Assembly: GCA_964016885.1 (NCBI GenBank) | Contig: OZ024756.1 | Location: forward strand, 12,710,001 to 12,774,000 | DNA from: Eledone cirrhosa | Lineage: Eukaryota | Length of the DNA: 64,000 bases | Reading direction: 5' to 3' | Part shown: one piece after another, positions 47,663 through 61,049 of the stretch | How the letters are laid out: the number at the start of each line of letters is the position of its first letter | How positions within the stretch are numbered: the first letter of the stretch is position 1 | Program-made: the position numbers and the translations under genes | Notes under the pieces: model-generated | Told to the model about the DNA's origin: nothing | Database searches by the model: none | The model's input: the letters and a program-made list of their open reading frames with translations, nothing else

Positions 47663-48108
47663 CATATACATATACTCATCAGTCAATCTCTGAGATACTT
47701 TATTATACTGCGTATAAGAAATAATTGTTTCTACTTTTAGTACAAGGTCAGTAATTACCCCAGTGCATTACTGATACTTTATTTTATCAACATTGTAAGG
47801 ATGAAAGGCAAAGTTAACCTCAGCAAAATTTGAACTCAGACCACAAAGGGCCGCAACTCTATGCTGCAAAGCATAGCATCTGACCCTCTACCGATACTGC
47901 CAATCCAAAGGGTTGAACAGGTTGTCACAGATCAAGCCAGTAATTAATTGAAGCTAATGTTCTCATAGACTGGTCAAGGGCCATATTTGGCTTAACCTTC
48001 TGGAGGCTAGATTTTTTAATGAATTGCTTCCCTTGATACTGTATTATGTATTAAGGGGAGATTACTCTACCAGCAACTTCTGTCATCCACAGCACCAAGT
48101 GGGTTAAT

Positions 48109-48905
48109 TACTGTATTTACTCAAATATAAACCAATCCACCCCACACCACTATATTTTACTTTTGAGAAATGGGCAAAAATTCAAATCTCATTTTTTAGC
48201 TGAGGCATTTAATCAACACAATAGGTTTAGATGGTGTGGTTTTGAAATTCTCATGACTATAAAATATATTTATGAAGTTTTAATACTTAGATGTTTAAAA
48301 TGTTTTAAGAGTATAGTTTTCGTTTCAAAACTCCATTATGTAATGCTTTTTTACCATTCCATCTGTTTTATGAAATTTCAACAAGTTTCTCAAATTTTTC
48401 TTTACTTCTGGCCATTCATATGCTAGGAGTAGTTGAAAGCAAGAGATCAAGTAAGAGAACTTTGTATAGGGATTCATAGAATAGAAGAGAGAAGAGAGAC
48501 AGCAAGTGAGAGTGAGAGCAATAGAACACATGTCGGAAGTAAGATTTCAATCTTATGTAAGATAGAAAGAAAAAGTATTAAGACAGAGAAAAGCAGTTGG
48601 TACGCGCATGTGTATGTATGTATATGAGATATTTATGTATTAAAACATTCAAGTTATAGAAATTTATTGGAAATATTTTCAAGGGAATGCATAAATAACA
48701 TCAATGGAGACGGTGTAAAAAAAACGAACTGCTTCATTGTAAAATAATCACAAAATATTTTAGCGCCTCATTTATGTAGAATTTGAAGTTGGTGAAAATC
48801 GGCAAAATATTGACCTCAAATATAAGCCGACTCCCCACCCGCCCAATTTTACCATCGATTTTTTTTGGTCAAATAATTCTTGGCTTATATACAATATACA
48901 CTGTA
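48109..48905. mobile_element. pogo/Tigger-like non-autonomous element (related end at ~60850)
   Basis: Ends TACTGTATTTACTCAAATATAA ... GGCTTATATACAATATACACTGTA with TA termini; degenerate. Confidence 0.55.
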
Positions 48906-48909
48906 TGTT

Positions 48910-49990
48910 CCAGTTTGAGCTTGGTTTCGCGCACACACGTCAGCTCTGTAGCCAGGACCTCGATTTCGAAACCCATTCCCTTCACATGGCCTCCCGCTTT
49001 ATCCAGTGTGGATATCCCCCCACCTTGATCCAAACTGATCCACCTGGTTCCCATCCTTGTTCTCGTCCCCACCTTAACACTGGTCATTTCCGCCCTCACC
49101 ACTCTCACAACAGTACATTCCGTATCCGCCACCTCTCCACCTGCACATCCACCCATCTTATATATGTCTTCCAGTGTTCCCTTTGTGGGTCCTTATACAT
49201 CGGAAAAACGGGACGCCATTTGGCCGACTGTTTTACGGAACATTTGAGGGACATACAACTTCATTTGGATACTCCCGTTGCCTGTCATTTCCATTCTCCT
49301 GGTCACTCTTCCCTACATGTCTCAGTCGTGGGTGTCCTTTTACATCACGGATCACAGGCCTCGCGCACCAGGACTTAACACACACACATCCCTGTCCATT
49401 ATCACACACACATTTGTACATTGACCCCTACATTCCTATGGCTCTCTTATGATCAGAAACATATACTTTTACAGCTAATATAGACCAACAAAATACGAAC
49501 ACTCCACTTTTCCCTTCACAGCTTTGTACACACACACACACCCTTATATTAACATACTTTTGCGCATAGCTTCGTACTTACAAGCACATACACACTCTTT
49601 TACTTACATATGCACACACATATCCTCTTAGCTTCATACGGACATATAATAACACACATGCACAAGTATAGGTCTTTACACAAAACCTTTTTTTGTTTCA
49701 TTTCAGGTAGACGCGCTCCATCATCCACTTTTCTAAAAAATATATCATACACAAAACGCTGCACCAACAGTTTTGCAAGAGACGGCAACATAAATGGACC
49801 TGTTATTTTTCTCTAAGATTTTTTCCAATTCCACCCCACCCGTCCCTTCAATCTTTCTAATTCCTCATTCTTTCTTCTGATGAAGGACTAGTGTCCGAAA
49901 CGTTAAGACCCTCTTGCTGCTATTTCAAGCATTAACCTTATATATTCCTTCCATATACTGTACCGATTGTGTTGTTATTTCTGTTTACCT
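48910..49990 (+). mobile_element. Penelope-like element 3' part (GIY-YIG plus terminal region)
   Basis: TCTSTHLIYVFQCSLCGSLYIGKTGRHLADCFTEHLRDI...PVACHF; hammerhead motif downstream. Confidence 0.85.
49871..49909 (+). ncRNA. Minimal type I hammerhead ribozyme of the Penelope terminal repeat
   Basis: tctt-CTGATGA-a-ggac(tagt)gtcc-GAAA-cgtt-aaga: intact core, 4-bp stem II, palindromic AACGTT stem III, stem I tctt/aaga. Confidence 0.78.
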
Positions 49991-50028
<38 letters not shown>

Positions 50029-50814
50029 TATATATCAGAATGGAAATGGTAAAAACCAGTTAGTCCATTACTCACCAGAGTACTCGATACTTGGGGTAGT
50101 AGAGTGGGTAATATGAAAAATTTGGGACCCCGATGGCTGAGCTCCTGCCATTCCAACAGCTAGCTCCTGGAACAGCAGGAGCTAATGAAAAGTATTTGAT
50201 GTTGCTGTCTAAAGTGGTTGTGCTGGTATTGCAAAAAGAATGTAGTTAGTAAACACTCTAAAGTGGTTATGTTAGGAAAGACATCCAGCCATAGGGACCA
50301 CACCAAATATGTAATGTATGAGCAAGATGAGGTCGTTCCGATATGTCTGGCCTTGGACTGTAACAACTTGTCTAACACATGCCAGTGTGTGGAAAGTGGA
50401 TGTAAAATGAGGATGGCGAGATTTTTTGTGTATGAGCCTTTGCCCACCACCCCCAACCTCGAAGTACCCCAACCCCCTAACGTCTAACGTCTAAATCCAG
50501 CCTTGTATATATATATTTTCGGGCGTGTGTATGTGTGTGTGGCTTTGTATTATCTGTAGCTGGAAGCTTGTGTGTGTGTTTATATCTCTGTCTGCGTCTA
50601 TATGACTTTTTTCTATTGTTTCTATGTATGTGTTTATTTTCGCGTGCATGTATGTGTGTTGGATACTTGTGTGTATATGTGTGTTTGTAACGACGTAAAC
50701 ACTGTGGAAAGATTTTATATACGTGTGTGTATGTTTTTCAATGGGTGTGTGTGTGAGTGTGTGTTGGAGTATTCACGTGTAATCCAGCTCAGAGTAAATG
50801 AATAAACAATTAAT

Positions 50815-51660
50815 TTAAGGTTTAATTATTGGCAATATGCATTTTGGGAGGAAAAACCCAGCATCCACATACTCCCTCCACAACACTAATATCAAGAAGT
50901 CTTCTTGTGAACGTGACCTGGGCATTACTGTCAGCAGCGATTTGCGTTGGATGAAGCACATCTCTAAAATTGTCAAGAAGGCCGAGGGTGTCTTATCATC
51001 ACTCAGCACGACCTTTGTCAGCCACTCTCCAGCTATCTATTTACAGCTGTATATAGCTATGGTGCGGCCACACTTAGAATTTGCATCACCAGTCAGGAAC
51101 CCCTATCTTTCTCAGAACATTGACTGCCTGGAAACTGTTCAGGGACGTACAACTAAGCGAATACCCTCCATCAGGCATCTACCATACTCTGAGCGCCTTG
51201 CTTCCCTGGGCATGGATTCATTGAAGCTCCGACGCCCGGCAACTGACTTGGTAAACACCCACAAAATTATTAACCATCTTGCCAACAACAACCCTGAGCA
51301 CCTTTTTGATTTCCATGTTTCTAACACCCGTAGACATGCCTACAAAGTCAGAAAACAGCACAGCTCCCATGACTTTCAAAAACATTTTTTCACGCTCAGC
51401 GTTGCTGAAGCATGCAACAAACTACCTGCATCAGTTAGCTGTCGAGACACTGCATCCTTTAAAACTTTCATGCTTCCTGACATTTGCCAACACTACCCCT
51501 GATGTCCCCCACTCCATACACACGCACACATGTATTTCATGACTTTTACACTGTTCATTTTCCTGACATTTGTACATTATTCTACGTACTATACATGTAC
51601 CTTTGATGAGTTGTAGTGCACCTGAGCACTGTACACAATAATTTCATTATTATTATTATA
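50815..51660 (+). mobile_element. CR1-clade LINE 3' end
   Basis: MHFGRKNP, ERDLGITVSSDL, LYIAMVRPHLEFASPV, LETVQGRTTK, YSERLASLGM; (ATT)n tail. Confidence 0.9.
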
Positions 51661-52030
51661 TAGGCGGTGGATTGGCAGTATAGGTAGAGGGTCGGACGCC
51701 ATGCTTTGACGCATAGAGTTACAGCCCTTGCCATTCTGAGTTCAAATCCCGCCGAGGTTAATTTTGCCTTTGTAGTGGAACTATGTCTTACCTCGCAATA
51801 GTAACATTTTCATATGTAATAAGGTTAAATTGACCAATGGTCAATCGCATATGAATACATGGTCACTCTCTCTCCCTCACTGGTGAAGAACCACAGTTCA
51901 CGACAGACCAAACCACGAGAAACCACAGTACGGAGAAGACCAGAAGATGACTACGAAGCTTGAAAAATTATTATAAAATGTCTCCTACATTCCTTTCAAC
52001 AATAAAAATTATTTTTATAGAGGATGAGCA

Positions 52031-52581
52031 TTAACCCTTTAATGTTCAAACCGGCCAGAATTCTCTACCCTTTTCTGTTGAAACTGGCTGTAACTGGTCA
52101 CACAAACTGATGTTAAGGTATTGTTCTCAAAATAAATACTTTCAAAATCTCATAGATTCGATATTATGTGAGATAATTATGTGAGATAAAGCCTTTACCA
52201 TGAAAATATAATAGTATATATAGAGTAATGTGAATGTTATGTGAGGTAAAGCCTTTACTATGAAAATATAATAGTATATATAGAGTAATGTGAATGTTAT
52301 GAGAGGTAAAGCCTTTACCATGAAAATATAATAGTATATATAGAGTAATGTAAATGTTGTGAGATATTATGAGAGGTAAAGCCTTTACCATGAAAATATA
52401 ATAGTATATATAGAGTAATGTAAATGTTGTGAGATATTATGAGAGGTAAAGCCTTTACCATGAAAATATAATAGTATATATAGAGTAATGTGAATGTTAT
52501 GCGAGATATTATGAGAGGTAAAGCCTTTACCATGAAAATATAATAGTATATATAGAGTAATGTGAATGCTAAAGGGTTAAA
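52031..52581. mobile_element. piggyBac-like MITE (TTAA-CCCTTTA...TAAAGGG-TTAA) with an internal ~59/70-bp tandem array
   Basis: Terminal inverted repeats with TTAA; about 6 units of gtaaagcctttaccatgaaaatataatagtatatatagagtaatgtgaatgttat. An unexpanded relative is at ~62099-62305. Confidence 0.8.
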
Positions 52582-53095
52582 GAGATATTTATTTATATCC
52601 TGCAAGTCAGAAGCATGTTACTACCAATATACAGCTGCCAACTCATCGACTAAGGTATTTCTCTTATATCGTTTGTAAAAACAAGATCCTTAGAAGATTA
52701 TAACTTTGAGTTACAAAAAGATATAGATAATATTTAACCTCTCATCCTAACTATACCTTACATCCTTTCAAGGTAGATAAAAAAAAAGTACCAGTCTAGT
52801 ACTGGGGTCAATTCTTCCTCTATAGAAAAAAGTCAGCTGTGTTCAGACCTGGAGAGGGTTGGGCTCAGTCAGATTTAAAAGTACCCTAGACATGCCGTAT
52901 CACGGTGTCTCTACGACTCCACAAGGAGTTAATAATAATGAAAATTATTGTGCACTACAGCTCATCAAAGGTGCATGTATAGTACATAGAATAATTGTTT
53001 CTACTTTTGGCACAAGGCCAGCTATTACCTTAGTACATTACTGGTACTTTATTTTATCGACCCCGTAAGGATGAAAGGCAAAGTTAACCTCGGCG

Positions 53096-53320
53096 AAAGA
53101 GAAAACGTTCCAGCGCAGTCAGCCGAGACTTAAGACAAGGCACGACGGTCAGGCGGTAGTAGATGACGGACGCGATGTACGCGTTCGCCACCTCCGCTCG
53201 ACCTTTCAAGGATAGCTTCCTCTCGGCCCTTTTCTAGGTGAGAGAGGCCACCCTGCTCGTCACCTCGTCCCAGTTTTTGTCCGTCTGGAGGTCCGGACCG
53301 AACCAGACCCCTAGCAATTT
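53096..53320 (-). mobile_element. Tx1/L1-clade RT C-terminal fragment
   Basis: Minus translation LLGVWFGPDLQTDKNWDEVTSRVASL...RKLSLKGRAEVANAYIASVIYYRLTVVPC. Confidence 0.75.
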
Positions 53321-54089
53321 AATAATAATAATAATTGTTTCTACTTTTGGCACAAGGCCAGCAATTACCCAGTGTATTACTGGTACTTTATTTTATCGAC
53401 CCCGTAAGGATGAAAGGCAAAGTTAACCTCGCCGGGATTTGAACTCAGAATGGCAAGGGCCGTAACTCAATGCGTCAAAGCAGGGCGCCCGACCCTCTAC
53501 CGATACTGCCAATCCACTGCCCTGTACATAGAATAATGTACAAATGCCAGGGATGAGGGGTTTCCAGCCAAAAGTCAAACCTGATCCAGTAGTCCTTTGA
53601 TCAAGTGTTCCGGGTATGAGACAAATACTGTTATTTAGCCCACGGTCAGATCTGATCCAGTAGACCTATGAGCATCTAAGTCAGCTTAATTTGGGAGCTA
53701 CACAACAACAATGAAATAATAGAGATCTATATACATGTTTGCTGCTGTTGTGTGCTCTTTTGTGTTGGTGTCAGTGTTATGTTTTGGGGAGGGGTTGTTT
53801 TCATTCTCAGACCGGGTGATGTGTTGTTTCCTTGAGCAAGACACTTTATTTCACATTGCTCCAGTTTACTCAGCTGTAGAAATGAGATGATAGGGACTGT
53901 GGTCCCTACCATTCCACTGCAATGTGGACGTGGAGGTGCCACGGCAAAAAAAAAGCACCCAGCACTCACTGTAAATGAGGTTGGTGTTAAGAAGGGCATC
54001 CAGCTGTAGAAATCAAGCCAGAATCAGTTCCCGTCCCACCCTTGCAAGCAGGGAAAAGCGGACGTAAAATGATGATGATGATGTCTGAG

Positions 54090-54958
54090 GTGTGTTTTCT
54101 TTTTTTTCTTTTGATTGTGTGAAAGTGCTCCTCCTCGTCTGACGACGAACGAGGGTCATCTTCTGCGTTGGAGGGGAGGGGTAGATTTTCGGGTTGTGTT
54201 TGCGGTGCGGGTGTTTTGGAAATTGTTTTTTTTTAGTGTGTGTGTGTGTGGGGGGGGGGGCATTGTTTTCTTTTGAGCTGTGGTTGTTGTTTTTGTAGTG
54301 GTGGTTGTGGTGGTTGTGGTGGTTGTGCAGTTGTTGGTGGTGTAGGCAGGATTGGGGTCTTCTTATTAAGTTGAGGACAGACAGCCCTCAGGTGACCTCT
54401 GGCTCCACAGAGGTAACACGAGGGCCGCCTACCCTCAACGGTAATGTTGATAAAAGTTTCATCATCCAGTATGATGCGTTCAGGGATCTGGGCGATCCTT
54501 TCGGGCCTCATTTGAACTACAAGTTCGAGGCTCGTTCCACTGAACGCGTCACCCGATGCCTTTCCCATGGATATTAGTGTGTCATCGTCTAGGTTCAGGA
54601 AACCTGTCAAAACCCACCATATGTCCATAATCGGCAGGATGGTGTGGATTTTTATTTTTTGTGTCCTTCTACCCATGTACGTAGGGTAGAAGGTGTATGC
54701 GGTGGATGTAATTGGTTTTATGGACAGTTTCACTGCTGTGTCCCTGTCCTTCATGAGAATGGATAGACTCCCGTAGAGTCTATCCTTCTGAATGAATATG
54801 ATGTCTTTCATGACATCTTTTAAAACCAGCTCTAACTCACTCTGTGATGGTTGAGCTGGTTTTTTGCTTTTGTTTGAGACTGTCTTAAACATGACAGTGT
54901 TTAGGGGTCTCTGGCTTTTTTGTTCCGGAGGAGGGCGGGGGGATCGAAAATGATCCAT
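54090..54958 (-). mobile_element. LINE ORF1 (gag-like) with CCHC zinc knuckle, decayed 3' part
   Basis: ORF 54233-54958 contains ITVEGRRPSCYLCGARGHLRAVCP followed by a Pro/Gln-rich tract. Confidence 0.75.
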
Positions 54959-55261
54959 TTTCCTCGTACATTATATATAGTCAAGATAACGATATACTTA
55001 CAATTGTCATTCTCGAAAGGAACTGCGTGATTTCCATGTTTCAAGTTCTGAAAACTCTAAGGAAAAACTTCTGTGTAACTTTTAAAGTTGTCTGGTGTAA
55101 GTAATGTGTTGAAACAAACCGTTCGGCGTGAATATTCCAACATATACAAATAATATAGTATATTTTTCTATTAATTTCAGTTTCGTTTTAGTTGAATTAA
55201 GTTGTTTACTACGGAAAATACGTCGACATTTCTCGGTAAAAACTTGACTGTTTATACACAC

Positions 55262-55640
55262 ACCCACACAGCTATACACATACAGCAGTCACACACACAC
55301 AGCCATACAGCTACACACACAACAGCCACACATACGCATACAGCAGTCACACACACATAGCCACACAGCTACACACACAACAGCCACACATACGCATACA
55401 GCAGTCACACACACATAGCCACACAGCTACACACACAACAGCCACACATACGCATACAGCAGTCACACACACATAGCCACACAGCTATACACACAACAGC
55501 CACACATACGCATACAGCAGTCACACACACATAGCCACACAGCTACACACACAACAGCCACCACACATACAGCAGCCACAAAGCAGCTACACACAGCAGC
55601 CACACACACACACCCATACACAACAGTCACATAGCAATTA
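55262..55640. repeat. CA-rich ~58-bp minisatellite
   Basis: Repeats of cagcagtcacacacacatagccacacagctacacacacaacagccacacatacgcata. Confidence 0.9.
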
Positions 55641-55970
55641 CACACGTTGGCAGCTAATAACAATAAATAAAACTTGTAATAATTAAATTGTTTGTGTTTT
55701 CAACTAATCTGAACCCCGACAAACTAGCCCCATCACCTTCTCCTCCGCAAACGGAATGGGTTTTGCGATAATTAACTGCTCTTTCTAGTAAACAGACACT
55801 CTTGTCTATAATCTATATATCATGCTTTCCGGCATAGTTACGTCCCTTTACGGCCTGAGTTCAAATCCCGCCAATGTCAACTTTGCCTTTCACCCTTACG
55901 GGGTCGATAAAATAAAGTACCAGTAATGCACTGGGGTAATCGCTGGCCTTGTGTAAAAAGTAGAAACACG

Positions 55971-56571
55971 GGCATAGGTTAATTATAACGTTCGCGAAAA
56001 TGAAAGTATGTTTTCTGACAAGTGAATGTGTTTGTTTTGTTTTTTACAGTGTTTATTTACAACAGGTCTCTATAGTGATATGGTGTTAATTAGTATTGCG
56101 TGTGTGATTATTTTCTCTTATATATATATATGTGTGGGTGTGTATATGTGTGTCTGTATGTATATATATATGTGTGTTTGTATATATATATGTGTTTGTG
56201 TCATCATCGTTTAGATGTTTTTGTAATATCTTGCCAAAGTTGGCACCAACTATCTGTCCCCCAAAGAAATTAAGGCCGGGTCATAAGAAGGACAGAGAAT
56301 GATAAGGGATTTGGGTAAAAACATCTAAACGATGATGATGACACAAACACATATATATACAAAAACACACATATATACACACACATATACACACCCACAC
56401 ATATATATATATATAAGAGAAAATAATCACACACGCAATACTAATTAACACCATATCACTATAGAGACCTGTTGTAAATAAACACTGTAAAAAAAAAAAC
56501 AAAAAAACAAACACATTCACTTGTCAGAAAACATACTTTCATTTTCGCGAACGTTATAATTAACGTATGCC
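55971..56571. mobile_element. Fold-back MITE with ~250-bp TIRs and 8-bp TSD (Merlin- or MULE-like)
   Basis: Begins GGCATAGGTTAATTATAACGTTCGCG and ends CGCGAACGTTATAATTAACGTATGCC; GAAACACG on both sides (55963-55970, 56572-56579); spacer ~95 bp. Confidence 0.88.
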
Positions 56572-57500
56572 GAAACACGTATTATATAGCATAGAGTTAC
56601 GTCCCTTTACGGCCTGAGTTCAAATCCCGCCGAGGTTAACTTTGCCTTTCATCCTTATGGGGTCGGCAAAATAAAGTACCAGTCACGCACTGGGGTCGAT
56701 TTAATCCCCCCCCCCCCCTAAATTACTGGCCTTGTGCCTATACTATAAGAGTCGTGTCTGACCGTCGTTAGCCATGCTATCTCTATAAAAAAGGAAATAG
56801 TGCTCCCCCCCCCCCACCATCTAACTAAAATGTAATGTGAACAAATGGAGTTTTTGTTTTGTTGTTTTGTGTATTTCTGTCTGTGTGTGTGTGTGTTTCT
56901 GTCTGTCTGTCTGTCTGTGTGTGTGTCTGTATGTGTGTGTGTATGTATGTCTGTGTTTCTGTATGTATGTCTAACAATGCAGCACAGACTTAAAAAAGAA
57001 CAACCTAAAAAGGTAAACTGTCAATCTCGGTTAAAAATGGTGTCAAGCAGGGTGCTATACCTGCACCAACTTTGTTTGCCTTGTATTTCGCAATGGTGGT
57101 CTTCGTGGCCTTCAAGGATTGTCAACACGGGTCTTTCCGACAGACAACCTTTCCCCCACCCCGGAAAATACCCCCAGTTGATGGATGTGAATCCGAAATA
57201 TATAGGGACAATTAAATCTCTCCCAAGGTAACTCTCTCGTGCTGTCATTTTTATATTTATCTTTTACGCGCTATCCTTCATTCCTCTACACGTCTTATAC
57301 ACGCCACGCAGCTCAACGTACACCCACTTACATCTCTCTCTCTCTACCACCGGATCCTGTTACCTGGAGATTTACCCATCTGCATTGTCGTGGCTTCCAA
57401 ATGACTTGAAGCATTGTGGAATAATAAGGTAAATTTCTTTAAGCAAACTTCAATACTCTCTTATATATATATTAATTTTAGTCTTCAAATTTATTATCAT

Positions 57501-57545
<45 letters not shown>

Positions 57546-57703
57546 TACATATATTGATTTAAAACTGCACTATCCACAAGTGTATTTTAACCTTCATATG
57601 TCTTCCGATTTTATCTGACGAAAACACAAATGTTATTGCATGATGATATTTGTTTTTGAAATGCGCATAATAAAATACATGGAACTCTTTTAACCATCTT
57701 TTG

Positions 57704-57741
<38 letters not shown>

Positions 57742-57968
57742 CGCTGTACCCCCGACATTCCACTGTGACGATGAATAGGCCATTTGCTGCAACAAACCCT
57801 TCTCAACCACAGTTTGGGAGTCTGTAACTGGATGGCGCCGCTACGAGTAGGGACAGGCCAGTTGGCTGTGCCGAATACTTCTGACAACGGAGCCACAGTT
57901 TGGGTGCTGCAACCACTTTACTGTGTGGAGGGAAAGACCAGTTGGCCACGATGAAGCCTTCTCATATA

Positions 57969-58040
<72 letters not shown>

Positions 58041-58149
58041 ACTCTTTTACCTACTCCAGCCATCTGCCTGAGGCCATGCTGGGGAACCACCCTTGTTGCT
58101 AAACATTCTTTATCTGGCCATTGATGTAGTAGGTGGCTCATTTTTGCTG

Positions 58150-58535
58150 CCCTTAGGTTACCTTACCTTTGTGGGTTCAACTGGGATCCTGAATAGCAGA
58201 GTGTCAAAGGTTTCTTGAAAACATCCATATCCACACCATTCAGATCTCTCAACTTTCTTGGCAGCTTACTAAAGAGTTGGGGGCCTTTGAACCCTAAGCT
58301 ACTGCAATATCTGCTCCTTTCTCTAAATATGAAAGATGGAACCTTTGGCACTCCACAGTGACGTCCTATTTGAGGGTTGGTCCAGCTCTCAATGCCAAAG
58401 TTTGGTGTTAGCCCTTCCAGAATCTATATGTACTTCTCCTGCCTTCATTCCCAGGAGTAGAGTTTTAGTTCTTTTAGGTTCCCCAAGTAGCTTATCTCTT
58501 TCATCGTGGCAATCCTCTTGGTGTAGTTTTGATAT
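58150..58535 (-). mobile_element. LINE 3' fragment (clade uncertain)
   Basis: SSLGFKGPQLFSKLPRKLRDL..VDMDVFKKPL resembles LINE ORF2 C-termini. Confidence 0.6.
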
Positions 58536-60933
58536 ATAACATCTGAAGAGATTTATATATATATATATATATATATAATATCTGGAGTGGTTTATATACA
58601 TATATGACATCTGAAGATATATATATATATATCATCATCATTTTACGTCTGATTTTCCCTGCTTGCAAGGGTGGGACGGGAACTGATTCTGGCTTGATTT
58701 CTACAGCTGGATGCCCTTCTCAACACCAACCTCATTTACAGTGAGTGCTGGGTGCTTTTTTTCTTTGGCACCTCCGCAGTGGAATGATAGGGACCCCAGT
58801 CCCTATCATCTCATTTCTACACCTGATTAAACTGGAGCAAGGTGAAATAAAGTGTCTTGCTCAAGGGAACAACACATCACCCGGTCTGAGAATTGAACTC
58901 ACAACCTTTCGATTGCAAGGCTAATGCTCTAACCACTAAGCCATGTGCCTCCACTATATATATATAAAAGGATAAAGATCCCATAACTCCTTGTGGAGTC
59001 ATAGAGACATTGTCATACGGTGTGTCTAGGGCACTTGTTAAACCTGACTGAGCCCAAGCCTCTCCGGGTCTGAAGACGGGCCATTCTTCCTTTATAGAAA
59101 GATTTGGCTAAGTACTGAACTGGCACTTTTTTTATTGACCTCAAAAGGATGAAAGGCAAAGGTGACCTCAGTGGGATTTGAACTCAGAGAACCTAATGAG
59201 GTAGGACGAATACTGTAAAGCATTCTATCCGACGTCTTAACGACTACCAATTTGCCACCTATATATATATACCCCTACCCTATCCTCCCACTAACACCAC
59301 CCTCTCTGTAAAGTTGGTACCAGAACATCCAGTCCAAATAAATGAGATAATGAGATCGAGGTCGTGTAGGTCTCACAACAAAAAACACACAGTCTACGCT
59401 GTAATGTGGCCAGTATAAAGTTCCCAGTTCCACTCTGTAAATGTGTTTGGTTTTAGGAAGGGCATTCAGCCGTAGAAAACCTGCCAGATAGTCCTATATG
59501 AGCGAGACATGGTCACCCGACCAACCTTGCCTCAAGTGGGACAACTCCCGTCTAAACCCATGCTAGCGTGGAAGATGGATGTTAAACGAAAATGATGATG
59601 ATATATATGACATTGGTGGAATGTAATAACTCTTTACATTGAGTTGAAAGTTTGTCTTTTATCATTCCAGGGGCAGAATAAGCAGCAAAGAAATCATTAT
59701 ATCAACATATTTACTGTCTTTAATGTTATTTTATTCATTAAATAATCAATGAAAAGTTGTGTATAAATTATATAAATACTTTCAGACAATCCATTCACAA
59801 ACTTTTATAAAATATTTCTCCTAAGAAATTATCTCTTCACACATTTGGTAAATTATAGAAAAATTTGAACAAAAATCAATACAAAAAAAAACAACTTTCA
59901 ATTGGAATCCAGATAATCTTTCTTTTTCTTAAATATCTTTGGTAATATGTCGAAGGCTGAGACAAAACACACAGCATTAAGTAGATTATAAAGGTTGTTG
60001 TTGGTTGTGATAGTAATAAAAGGAGAGTCAGAGGGAGGGTTGATGATGATAGAGAGAAAAATGTGTGTGTGTTGACAAATGTTACAATATTTGCAGCTGA
60101 TATATAAGGAAAACATATATTAAGATAATTTCATATTTAGTTAAAGAGGGGTTAGGATAAGACAGTTCAAAGGTTTTGTTGTCAAAATATTAGGCACATG
60201 ACCATAAAACTTTGGGTGAAGAGTATATAGTTGATTACACTGACACCAGTACATCACTGGTACTTTATTTTATCGACTTCAGAAGGATGAAATGCAAATT
60301 TAACCATAGCAAGATTTGGACCAGAACAATGACCTTATCTGACGCTCTATTAATTCTGCCAGTCCAACACTCTTTAATATTAAGGAAACTTAAGGGAATA
60401 ATTTCCAGTTATGATGAACTTTTCAGATATACTTGAAGAGATCTAGCTGTGTTTCTTTTAAAACACTGGCACATTTTACCATCAAAAGGAAAATATATGG
60501 TTTTGAAGGAATTATTGGAGAAACTTCTATGGTAATTTACATAAATATAGACAGAGATGGTAATATAGGTGAGATGGTAATTTAGGATAGTTTTAAGGGT
60601 GATTAATATGTAAACTGAACTACATATCTGGTGACACCTTGGAGCCAACTCTCCCTTCCGGACAAACATTCACTTCCAGACACACATACATATATATATA
60701 TATATATACATACACACACACAGTGGGTGTGCTTAGGGACAACATGAGAAAGGGTAAAAAAAAAAAAAAAAAAAAAGTATTAGATAACAGAAAATTTAAC
60801 AGAGGAGGAGAGAAGAATGGTTTCTTTATGTAGATACCAGATAGAGAATTACCGTATATACTCATGTAAAAGCCAAGAAATGTATGACAAAAAAATGGGT
60901 GGGGTAGTCAATTTTCACCAACTTCAACATCTA

Positions 60934-60969
<36 letters not shown>

Positions 60970-61049
60970 CACCAAAATATTTGAAGCAATTGCTTTTCAT
61001 TGCAAAGCCATCACTTCTGTTACTATTCTTTAAGCATAGACCTGGTTGT

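Noticed and set aside
50125-50190. Hairpin TAGCTCCTG-gaacag-CAGGAGCTA followed by ATG, suggestive of an HDV-like ribozyme P4/J4-2
   Set aside because: No P1.1, P2 or P3 pairings were found; only a simple stem-loop is supported.
57325-57400. First coding exon of the TPR-TIR gene (ATGCAGATGG|GTAAAT or ..CCAG|GTAACA on the minus strand)
   Set aside because: These donors give phase 1 from that ATG, whereas the 47130 acceptor needs phase 0; unsupported without transcripts.
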